22,000 nt of DNA from Perkinsela sp. CCAP 1560/9 (lineage: Eukaryota > Protista > Euglenozoa: Kinetoplastea), in the NCBI GenBank assembly GCA_965644495.1, contig CBFFSA010000081.1:1-22000 (forward strand). The letters are read 5' to 3'. The notes beneath the pieces were generated by a model. The model was not told the DNA's origin. It saw nothing but the letters and a program-made list of their open reading frames with translations, and made no database searches. Below, one piece after another: positions 6,384 through 15,953 of this stretch. Each line of letters begins with the position of its first letter. Within the stretch, counting starts at the first letter, position 1. The position numbers and the translations under genes are program-made.

Positions 6384-9098
6384 TTTTTTTTTTTTTCGTA
6401 TTCCTAATTTATCCTCCTACCTTTTCCACTTCTTCCTATTACTACCTTATCCACCAAATAAGTCCAGACTCGGACTCGACTCTAATAAGCATACTCATCT
6501 TTCGGATCCGGTAAGTAGCTACGCAATTGCGCCTGAACTATCGCTCCATTCAATTCCTGTTGAAGAAGCACAAAATCATTCAGAATCGCCTTGGGTTCGC
6601 GGTAGACCTTTTCCGCCAGGAGCTGTAGTAGAGATTTTGTGTTATTGTGGAGAGCCCCGCAGGACAATATAGGGAGGCATTGAAATTGATCATTTCGCAA
6701 CATAGTTGATTTTACATATTTCGCATGCTTCCGAGCGATGGCGTCCTGCAACGCCTTTTGTGCTGATACCCTTTCATAAGAAGGTGATAGCTCATGTACC
6801 ACGGTTAGGTCATAGTACGTCGCGCCAGAAGCCCAATATATCACAAGGTCAGGGCCTGATCGGTGCAATGCTGCACCCCGACATAATTTCGCGTGTTCGA
6901 TCTTGTTTTCTTCGCTTAACACTTGTGAACATGCAGAGCAAGTGTAAGAGGTAAATTCTCTGGGCTCACGGGCGCATGGCAGACCTGCTTTCAGACATAA
7001 CTCATAAATATATCTCGTCAGAGAATTATGTTTGGTTGTCGCGTTAATTCCAGAACAGCGTACGCATCCAGGTATGTGGGTCATAGCGCTAGCTGCATCT
7101 AATAGAGTCCTGCAACCTGGGCACAGTAGAGAGTCGGGAAGTTTGGGATGACGAATACCAAGCCTTGGCATCACAGAAAGCGTAAATTGCATTGGAGGGA
7201 TGTATCTTTCGGTGGCGTGTATCCATTGGTAGCTTCCTTTTCTGGACGTCGCTGATATAATTCTACCGATTTTGGGATCTTTACACAGCTCTTCTTTCAC
7301 TTGTTTGTGCAACTTGAGATCTACTGCCCCTTCTTCGTCCGGCACTACCCTCGAGATCGACATCCCCAAGTGTCTCCCATCCTGAGCTGAATATACTTTT
7401 CGGCGCTCTAAGGATGCGTGACGAGAAGCTGCATATGAATTTTCCCGTAGTGCATAAGTTGATGAAAGGCCGAAACCTCCCATTTTCAGCGGCATTCTGG
7501 CCCACTTCAGTTGCATATCCGATAGTTTGCCAAACCACGACTTTAAGACTCTATCGACCTCCGTGTCGAATTCCGACGCAATTTTTTCGGTAGCTTGAGG
7601 CTTGTGGACTCTAATGTGAAACCTATGACGAACGTTAACGCTCTTGGACAAAATCAGGGATGAAAAATTGCTCGCCCCCATTTTTTGGAGCCGGCGAAAT
7701 ATATTTTTGTGCTTCTCCAGCTTTTGTATCAAAAGTTCGCTCACAGGCATATCTTCTCCGATAAAGGCACCTAATATTTTTATTGCAATCGTTTCCTTCT
7801 TCACTCCCGCTTGCAATAAATCTTCAGGTATGTCAGATCCGCTCTTTCCTTGAAAAAATATACATTTGTTGCGCGCCAGTTGGACCTTTCTTTGTTCTAG
7901 CAGTCCCTGCAGTCGGAAAAACGCTTTGGATAGCGCTTCACTATCATCTGACGCCATACTAATGTCGTCTATGTATGCCAACACTTTAATATTTGGGAAT
8001 TCATTAGCAATTGTGGCCAGAATCGGCTGTATGAAAGCACAGAAAAGAAGTGTTGACATTGGCGACCCTTGACGAACTCCTGTTGCGCTACTCACGGTGC
8101 CGCACATCCTTCCATGTACTCCATAGTATAGTAATTCTGAGGGCTCTGAATATTCGGCTGCAAAGAGACGTTGGAACGGGCGTAATGTTGCGTAGCCGAA
8201 AACGCACTTTGCAATTTCGTCTCGATTCGGAGAATTAAAAGCATTTCTCAGATCAATAGTTACTATGGCGTTGCCTTTATTGTAAAGATCGTGAAGATTA
8301 TGCACTACCTGTTCGCATCCGGATCTCGCCAGCACTCCGAACTGCCATGGCTCGAAAAGAGTGGCCAATGAATGCTCGTAACGCTGAAGAAGTACCACTT
8401 CCGCTAGCTTTAAGAAGATTTCTCCCACAGCTACCGGACGAACCCCTCCGTCAACTTTGGGAATCGCTATTAGCCTGGCCCTCTTCAGACGTACCATGAC
8501 TGACTTTTCAAGACGTCCATTTATGAGGTCCGCCATCATGTGGCATAGTGCAGTGCAAGAAATCTCGTCGTCTAATAATAACCTCACAATGCAATCAGTC
8601 GTGCCTGTCGGCCCCGGCGCTGCACCCTTGGCCAAATTACGACCTGCTGCCCGTAGTTCCTCGGTAGTTAATGCTGCTATGCATGGTGCATCTGATGGTA
8701 AATTGAAAGTGCAATCAGCGGTGGGGTGCAAATCTCTAAGCTTTGATAGCACTTCCTCATCGGAAAGTTTTGTCGGGCACGTCTGCTGATCAAGAACTTT
8801 TGTTGCTTTCGTTGTGCACCCTTCAAGCATAAGGCGCGTCGCCTTTTTAATAGCTCGCGCATCGATCGATTCCTCACTCATTTGATCCTCGTGTTCCATG
8901 TTTTCATTGAAAGGACGCCGCCGTCTGCGCTTAAGACTCGCTTCTCGAACCGCTGTCAACGAGAACTTCATAGCCGACAGGACTTTGTGCCAGATAATCC
9001 GTCGATACTCGTAGGTGCTGTCTGAGTATTCTCTCATTATGTCACGGTAAATCGCGACCGCGCAGGGGGCGAATTCTGGTTCTATCGTTTTGGCTTTC
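6384..9098 (-). mobile_element. 5'-truncated CRE-like non-LTR retrotransposon, family A
   Basis: T13 tail at 6384-6396, ~85-nt 3'UTR, and an RT-RLE frame that stays open right up to the 18-mer array at 9099. Confidence 0.88.
6482..9037 (-). CDS. Reverse transcriptase + Zn knuckle + restriction-like endonuclease (N-truncated)
   Basis: GGVRPVAVGE, IDLRNAFN, GVRQGSPMS, AYIDDI, ILGAFIG, GGFGL, CPGC..HIPGC, KHN, PD..DLTV (PD-D/ExK type). Confidence 0.92.
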   Translation of the reverse strand: MREYSDSTYEYRRIIWHKVLSAMKFSLTAVREASLKRRRRRPFNENMEHEDQMSEESIDARAIKKATRLMLEGCTTKATKVLDQQTCPTKLSDEEVLSKLRDLHPTADCTFNLPSDAPCIAALTTEELRAAGRNLAKGAAPGPTGTTDCIVRLLLDDEISCTALCHMMADLINGRLEKSVMVRLKRARLIAIPKVDGGVRPVAVGEIFLKLAEVVLLQRYEHSLATLFEPWQFGVLARSGCEQVVHNLHDLYNKGNAIVTIDLRNAFNSPNRDEIAKCVFGYATLRPFQRLFAAEYSEPSELLYYGVHGRMCGTVSSATGVRQGSPMSTLLFCAFIQPILATIANEFPNIKVLAYIDDISMASDDSEALSKAFFRLQGLLEQRKVQLARNKCIFFQGKSGSDIPEDLLQAGVKKETIAIKILGAFIGEDMPVSELLIQKLEKHKNIFRRLQKMGASNFSSLILSKSVNVRHRFHIRVHKPQATEKIASEFDTEVDRVLKSWFGKLSDMQLKWARMPLKMGGFGLSSTYALRENSYAASRHASLERRKVYSAQDGRHLGMSISRVVPDEEGAVDLKLHKQVKEELCKDPKIGRIISATSRKGSYQWIHATERYIPPMQFTLSVMPRLGIRHPKLPDSLLCPGCRTLLDAASAMTHIPGCVRCSGINATTKHNSLTRYIYELCLKAGLPCAREPREFTSYTCSACSQVLSEENKIEHAKLCRGAALHRSGPDLVIYWASGATYYDLTVVHELSPSYERVSAQKALQDAIARKHAKYVKSTMLRNDQFQCLPILSCGALHNNTKSLLQLLAEKVYREPKAILNDFVLLQQELNGAIVQAQLRSYLPDPKDEYAY

Positions 9099-9321
9099 TT
9101 TTGTTAAGACCCTTTCTTTTGTTAAGACCCTTTCTTTTGTTAAGACCCTTTCTTTTGTTAAGACCCTTTCTTTTGTTAAGACCCTTTCTTTTGTTAAGAC
9201 CCTTTCTTTTGTTAAGACCCTTTCTTTTGTTAAGACCCTTTCTTTTGTTAAGACCCTTTCTTTTGTTAAGACCCTTTCTTTTGTTAAGACCCTTTCTTTT
9301 GTTAAGACCCTTTCTTTTGTT
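9099..9321. repeat. Perfect 18-bp tandem array (TTTTGTTAAGACCCTTTC)x12 plus a partial unit
   Basis: Read directly from the sequence; same unit as 6261-6350. Confidence 0.97.
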
Positions 9322-10048
9322 TTGTGTCCCTTGCCAGACTGTGAAATCCAGCGAGTTCGGGTCTTAATGTCTGCGTTGTAAAATGCTTGCCCGAATTCGT
9401 GTGATCTTTGTTGCTATTACAATAGATTTCAAAATATCTGCATAATCATCGAGTATGATGCGCGCTGTCTAAACTAAAAACACCATGAACTAACGACTGG
9501 GAAGTCTCCATTCGCATAATCCGCGGTTTGGCCTATTCGTGATGTGGATAGATGTTTCAGTGCGCTAAGGAGAAATCTGATAGTGATCTTAGTAATGATA
9601 AAATCTTGTAATAATAACATCTTGTAATATGAGATGACCTGTTTTATTGCATTGTCTTTCGCAGTTGCGAAGCCAGGAGAGCTCCGTTCAATTCTTGAAG
9701 AAGCAACTTGAAGTCCTCAAGAATATGACGGCGTTCGAATCCGTTTGCATCCGCGAGGCTATGGAGGAAATTTATAGTGCTCTTGTTCATGGCACCACCT
9801 GTCAAAAGCGGTAGGCATACGAATTGCTCGCGCGGAATTAAATTGGAGTCCACATATGTTGCGACTTTCTTTTTTTGAGCCTCTTGTAATAGGTGACTCG
9901 CTTTTTTTCCCAAGTGTGATTTCGCAAGTTCGTTGACTACTGTGAGATCGTAATAAACTTCGCCCGTCGCCCAGAACACAACTAAGTCAGGTCCACTGCG
10001 GTGAAACGAATGTGTGCCACATTTCCTCTGATGATGTAGTGAAAGTTG
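9315..10048 (-). mobile_element. 3' fragment of an A-related element (family D): RLE end plus 3'UTR ending in the 18-mer repeat
   Basis: ORF 9644-~10048 HRSGPDLVVFWATGEVYYDLTVVNEL aligns with family A HRSGPDLVIYWASGATYYDLTVVHEL. There is no poly(A) tail; it ends in the array. Right boundary approximate. Confidence 0.8.
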
Positions 10049-11123
10049 AAAGGGCAACTTGCGGGTCTTCTAGGCTTTGTATTGCCAGGAGAGTGTCTAC
10101 AGCGGGGTCGATTGCATGTTCCTCTAGGTAGGTACGACAAAATTCGGAAGAACCTATGGGGCTCCCAAGAATAGAAAAATTGCCTTGGAAATTCTTTTGT
10201 TCGCGAGGGATTTGATAAAAAATGTCTGTCTGCATTGCTGAAGCAGGGTGGGTGATAATTTCGCACTTCTCCGGGTTGAGAAACATACCCCACTTAGGCC
10301 CCACTTCCGCTATCACGCGCAGAGCATTTTGTACTTCGTATGATGGACCTGCCAAGACTCCGTCGTCAAGGTACCACATGTGGAGCTGAAGTCCTCCGGA
10401 CGAAATTTTAATTTCTTCCGAAACTTGGAGCATGACGAGGGAAAAAAGTAGTGGCCCTAAGGGGTCGCCTTGTTGCGCGCCTTCCTCGGATGAAATTCGG
10501 ATTTGGCCATAGGTCAGAGCACTTGTAGTACCGTAGCACCACTCCACCCAGCGTGAAAGCTCTGGAAAGTAATGTCGTGTCAACGCAATGAAGGCGGCAC
10601 GAGAAACATTGTTGAACGCGTTCTTCAGATCTACTTTACAGAGGACGAAATCGGAGTTCTCAGAATTTTCGTGCATTGTTTTTCGACAAAGGTGAATTAG
10701 ACGCTCAGCTCCAGCAGGTGTGGCTACCCCAAATTGTGTTCCGGCGAAAAGTTCACGTGCCTTAGTTCGTACTGCTAGACATGCTGCTTTGCTAGTCAAA
10801 CGGCGTAATGTCTCCCCGGCAGCTATCGGTCGTACACCACTCTCCCCTTTTCTGAGTGCACACAGTCGCGCGCCAGCAAACGCTTCTTGCACGTCCAACG
10901 GTGCTTTGCCTTCGAGGAGGTGATTCGTGAGAGCTGTTAGTGCAGAGAGCGGTGTGACGTCGAGATCTTCATTGACGAGTAGTGCAGCTTGAAGGTGTTC
11001 TGCCCGCAGCCCCATAGTCCCGCTGGATGACCCTCGGTGAAAACCTTTTAGTGCGTTTCGTACATCCGTTTCTCCTAGTGTAAGCACCCCCGGGCCTAGG
11101 GGAGGCATATCTACGGGCGGCTC
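10049..11123 (-). pseudogene. Internal RT fragment of a CRE-like element (family E, related to B/C), truncated at both ends
   Basis: GVRPIAAGE, KVDLKNAFN, GAQQGDPLGPLLF, WYLDDG. Homology to B/C stops after DPQVAL(S), where it is fused to D. The 5' side abuts the T23 run. Confidence 0.85.
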
Positions 11124-11275
11124 TTTTTTTTTTTTTTTTTTTTTTTATATGATTTTAAAACAAGCAATCAAATTAGCAATTTCATATTTTGGAGCCCAAA
11201 ACTAGAAATTCGATCTCCCGTAAGTATAAGAACATTAAAAACAATAACAATAAAAACAAGCAATATATGCCCAAT

Positions 11276-11515
11276 CCATTCGCGCGTTCCGGACCGGGTC
11301 TTTCGACCTCTCCACGGCCTGACTTGTGAACCCTTCCCTTGTTATATGGGAGGGCGCAGGCGCGGGCCTGTGTCGACAGCGACACGGTCGCGAAACAGGA
11401 TGCTGGCCGACGGGGAGGAAGTTTTAGTTCCCGACCCATGTCCTACCTCACTTGGAGTACCTAGCCCTTGAGGGCTAGGCGTGAGCATAGACCCTGTCGG
11501 CATCGACCAGCATCC
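11276..11515. ncRNA. Conserved ~240-nt structured module in the 3'UTR (B type)
   Basis: Several stems. Near-identical to 16792-17024, 21312-21551, 15339-15521 and 21898-22000. The functional strand is unresolved. Confidence 0.6.
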
Positions 11516-11579
11516 AGACCAGCCATCTATGAGGGCGCAAACGTGGGTCTGTGCTGACTGCCGTCCGGTCAGGAAACGT

Positions 11580-14500
11580 TTACTCCCCCAAGCAAGAAAA
11601 CGGGTCATCAGGGAGAAGGCGATTAACCATCATGCGGGCCTGAAGGCGCATGAGGGTCACGTTTAACTCCGTGAAGATTCTGCTCGTCGCCCCCCCTTCT
11701 GTCAATAACCCGCACGAGGCGTGCGAAAGCCGTTCTCCAACTTTACGGAGTACTGCGGATGCACCGCTGCTCCACGCACCGTAGCTCTCCACCACCATGG
11801 CGGTGAAGGCACAGCCGGCTTCTTCAGATTCGTGTCTCTGCTGGCCCTTTTGCGTTGATGAATATTGTTCAGCAAATGACCCCGCGGTTACCCAGCTAGC
11901 ATTCCGGACTTTGTCCGTATATTTTAGTTGCTGAGCATGGGTGACCGCGAAGTCAAGTACAATCGGATTCCCCAACTGGAGACCGGGCAAATAGACATCA
12001 CCGGGTCTGGTGAGGGCGCCCCCTGGACCTCTGTTGCCAAGACTTTTTTCTCGTTGTGGGGCCAGTTTGGCTCTGCTGCAAAGGTCGGCGAACTGATCTG
12101 CCACGGCATTATGCCTCGTGATAATTCCATTGCCGTGTTTGCAGGACAATACGTGGTCCCCTTTGGTGTCCAGTGGGAGAGAACATTTCGGCATAGGGCA
12201 TTTCCCTTCTTCAGGGTAGACGTCGATCCCTAACCACCAGCGGGCCAAGGTTCGAAACTCTGTAGGAGTAAAGGAATACCCCATGTCCTTAGACGGGGTT
12301 ACAAAAGCCCAACTGCTTGCCCCTTTCCCGCATTGAGATATCCATCTTGTTCGTGTTCGCACATCTGACATCTCGTACGAATGAGAGAAATCATAGGCCG
12401 CGATCGCGTAGCTGATGTCTCGTTGGCGTGGAATCTTCCCTTTCCTCCATTGTGGGGGATCTGTATCAGTACAATCCTCCGAGGCATATAATGGTGTAGA
12501 TAAGTGGATATCTTCAGGGATGTGCATGGTGCGGGAAGTTGTACGGAGCGCGGGTGGTAGGGAGTTCTCTGAGGGAGGGTTATCGTTGACACTTAGGGTA
12601 CGTTTCCTTTTTCGGTAAAAGAAGGGACTACTAACTGCTTTTTCGCAAGGGGCGTTCGGCGTTGTAAGGATCCGACCTCGGGGATCAAGTAAAGATGTTC
12701 CAGCTTTCTGGTTGATGTCCCTGACAGCTTCCACAAATCCATCCGCATCAGAGGGGTTCCATGAATCTTTGTCCGCAGAGAAGGCGACGGAAGATACGTA
12801 TGCGGCAGTGGCGTGTAACGCTGCGGATCTTAACCCAAAACCGCCGTGCCGCTTCAAACGTTGTGCCTGAGATCGGGCGTAGGGGTCCAGGGGGCAAATT
12901 ATAGCTTCGGTGGCGGTCATAAGAAAATCGTCGAGTCGGGCGCAGAGATGGGCTATGGTTTGGGGTGGTGTGCTTCTCAGGGCGTAGACCATCTGGCAGA
13001 AACCGGCACACTGCCTGATAAGAGCGAGTGCAACCTGTGGGTCCCGAATGGTGGCGATCGCGTCGAGCGTATCCTCAGCGGGGCCTATGGCGTGGATCGC
13101 GAGATACTCTGAGCAGTGTTCGGGCGATCCCACCGGGCTTCCAAGGATGTCGAAATTGCCATGGACGTTGATCTTATTGACGGGTATGTCTGGAAATTCA
13201 GAGGCGTGGTGTGACGAGGTCGGGGGTGTAATGATCTCGCATTTAGACATGTTAAGGAATAAGCCCCATTGCGGACCTACTCTGGCAATCGTGTCGAGGG
13301 CGTTCCTGACGTCTTGCGCCTGGCCAATGAGGACACCGTCGTCGAGGTACCACAGCTGGGCGAAGAGGTCCGCCTGAAGATCGATTGCTTCTGAGAGCGC
13401 TAAGGACACTAATGAGAAGAGTAGTGGTCCTAAAGGGTCGCCCTGCTGCACTCCTTCTTCGGAAGAAAGTGATCGGAGTCCGTAGGTAAGGGAGCTGGGA
13501 TTTGCGTAGCACCAGTTTATCCATGGGAATAGCTCAGGGAAATGTTCCTGGACTAGAGGTAGAAAGCAAGCTCTGCTCACGTTGTTGAACGCGTTCCGGA
13601 TGTCAACTTTGCATAGTACAAAATTGGGGCAATCCATGTTCGATGAAATAGCCAAGCGGCACATGTGGATTATGCGCTCAGCCCCTGCTGGTGTAGCTAC
13701 ACCATATTGCCGACCAGCGAAAAGAGTACTAGCTTTGGACCGAACCGCGTTGCACGCAGCCTTGCTCACCAACCGTCTCACAGTTTCTCCTGCGGCAATT
13801 GGGCGGACGTCGTTTTCGCCTTTCTCTAAAGCGCACAGCCGGGCTCCAGCAAAGTGACTCTGTACTTCCACTGGTGCTTTTCCCGCTAGGAGGTGATTCG
13901 CCAGCTTCGTTAGAGACTGGAGTTAATTAATGTTCTTGCCTCCGTGGGTAAGTATCGCCGCTTGTAAGTGCTCGGGGCGCAGTCCCATTGTGCCCGCGGA
14001 GGAGCCTCGGTGAAAACCCCTTACCGCCTTCTCAATTTCGGATTCGTCCAACTCCAGGGGTGCTGCAGCGGGGAAGTGGTTGACGCTCCCAGGGATGAGC
14101 AGACGGCAGGGGTGTTTTTCTTGTAGCTTAGAGAACGTGTCATCATCGTCCGGAGCCATTGGATCCGACGTTAGAGCAGCCAAGCCTCTGGAATATTCCC
14201 CCTGCCGGACGAGGAGTTCTGCCCTTAGTGTGGCTTTCTCTTCTTCATCACTAACCTCGGTAGGGGTTGCTTCCTTTTTGCGGTAGGTCGTCACGGCCTC
14301 TTTCCAGAGGAGGGAATAATCCAACGCAAGCCAACGCTGCATGCAACTGTAGGCGTGGGAAGCATATGCCATGTGGCCTTTGCCGCCTCCACGGCGTGGG
14401 GCGGGGAGGACACATTTGGGTAGCATGGCCAGCAAGGTCCACGACTGCAGTGAATTGTCTTTGACGGCGTTATCCATGGTCTCCGTAAGAATTTCACCCC

Positions 14501-14909
14501 ACAGCTGGCGGCATCGATGTGGTACGTCCTTGCATGTACTAAGCGGTAGCGAGCAGATAGTTGATAATGATGGAAGCTCAAACTGAGTGATTCCGGCTCT
14601 CCGTCCTGGGCTCTCCGCGTCAGGAAGGGTTTGCGCATGAAGCTCGGATGGCGGAGAGGCCATTGTTGCTTTGCAGCTATGGGAGTGATATGAACGTTTG
14701 TTTTTGTCGTAGTTTCGCCCGCAAGAAGAACAAAGGAAGCGACCTTCTACATCCCACCACTCTGCGGGAATGCTGCTTCCGTGCCGGCAAGCGACGTGGT
14801 TGTAAAAAGCTTGCCACGACCCGCCGTGTGGCAAGCTCCGCCATGAACATCCCTGAGCCGGGCACTGTCGAGAATCGTCTCCGTTGAGGGGAAAAGATGC
14901 GCCTTGTGA
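11580..14909 (-). pseudogene. ZnF-RT-RLE polyprotein with one in-frame TAA (13923-13925)
   Basis: Track ORFs 13923-14834 and 11580-13871 share a frame (KNIN*LQSLTKLANHLLAGKAPVEVQ). Motifs: CPAQGC..HVACRH, GVQQGDPLGPLLF, WYLDDG, CPMPKC..HVLSC, RHN, RPGD, LDFAVTH, VESYGAW. Confidence 0.88.
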
Positions 14910-15051
14910 TTTTTTTTTTTTTTTTTTTTTTTTTAGTAAAAAAATATAGTTTTAATATACAATGTATAGTGTTTCAAAGTTTATAGTACTATAATAGTAC
15001 TATAAAATAGTTTTTATAGTTTTATGGACCTCTGCTATAAATCAGTATCAA

Positions 15052-15521
15052 TTTTTTTTTTTTTTTTTTTTTTGGTTTGCAATTAATAAGGGGGGAGAAG
15101 TATGAATCGCGGCATTGCCTCTATATTTTGACCCAGTAGACGAACCAAGTACATAGTAGGTCCATTAGGGGGGTATATGAATTTGAAACAAGCAATCAAA
15201 TTAGCAATTCTTTTCTTTTCCACAGAAGTATATTTTCTTTTTCTTTTTTCTCAGCCCAAAACTAGCAATTCAATCTCCCCTAAGTATATACGACAAATAA
15301 GACACAGTAAAAATAAAAACAAGCAATCCAGACCCAATCCATTCGCGCGTTCCGGACCGGGTCTTTCGACCACTCCACGGCCTGACTTGTGAACCCTTCC
15401 CTTGCTATACGGGAGGGCGCAGGCGCGGGCCTGTGTCGACAGCGACACGGTCACGAAACAGGATGCTGGCCGACGGGGAGGAGATTCACTACCCGTGTAC
15501 TACCTCACTTGGGGTACCTAG
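15052..15521 (-). mobile_element. 3'-end-only fragment of a B/C-family element with the most distal poly(A) site
   Basis: T22, then 3'UTR sequence, then a mostly C-like structured module broken off at GGGGTACCTAG where the array starts. Confidence 0.8.
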
Positions 15522-15953
15522 TTTTTTATTAAGACAACGTTTTTTATTAAGACAACGTTTTTTATTAAGACAACGTTTTTTATTAAGACAACGTTTTTTA
15601 TTAAGACAACGTTTTTTATTAAGACAACGTTTTTTATTAAGACAACGTTTTTTATTAAGACAACGTTTTTTATTAAGACAACGTTTTTTATTAAGACAAC
15701 GTTTTTTATTAAGACAACGTTTTTTATTAAGACAACGTTTTTTATTAAGACAACGTTTTTTATTAAGACAACGTTTTTTATTAAGACAACGTTTTTTATT
15801 AAGACAACGTTTTTTATTAAGACAACGTTTTTTATTAAGACAACGTTTTTTATTAAGACAACGTTTTTTATTAAGACAACGTTTTTTATTAAGACAACGT
15901 TTTTTATTAAGACAACGTTTTTTATTAAGACAACGTTTTTTATTAAGACAACG
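15522..15953. repeat. Perfect 18-bp tandem array (TTTTTTATTAAGACAACG)x24
   Basis: Read directly from the sequence; runs straight into T25. Confidence 0.97.

Larger units (their letters stand above)
11124..14909 (-). mobile_element. 5'-truncated CRE-like non-LTR retrotransposon, family B
   Basis: T23 tail, structured 3'UTR, and an RT-RLE frame open to the next T-run at 14910 apart from one stop. Confidence 0.9.

Noticed and set aside
9099-9321. CRISPR array
   Set aside because: Units are contiguous with no spacers, there are no cas genes, and the context is eukaryotic.
11276-11330. HDV-like ribozyme (minus strand ends GCGAAUGG)
   Set aside because: I could not build P1/P3/L3 with the nested double pseudoknot.
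12593-12598. Canonical telomere repeat TTAGGG
   Set aside because: Only isolated single hexamers. No array anywhere in the window.
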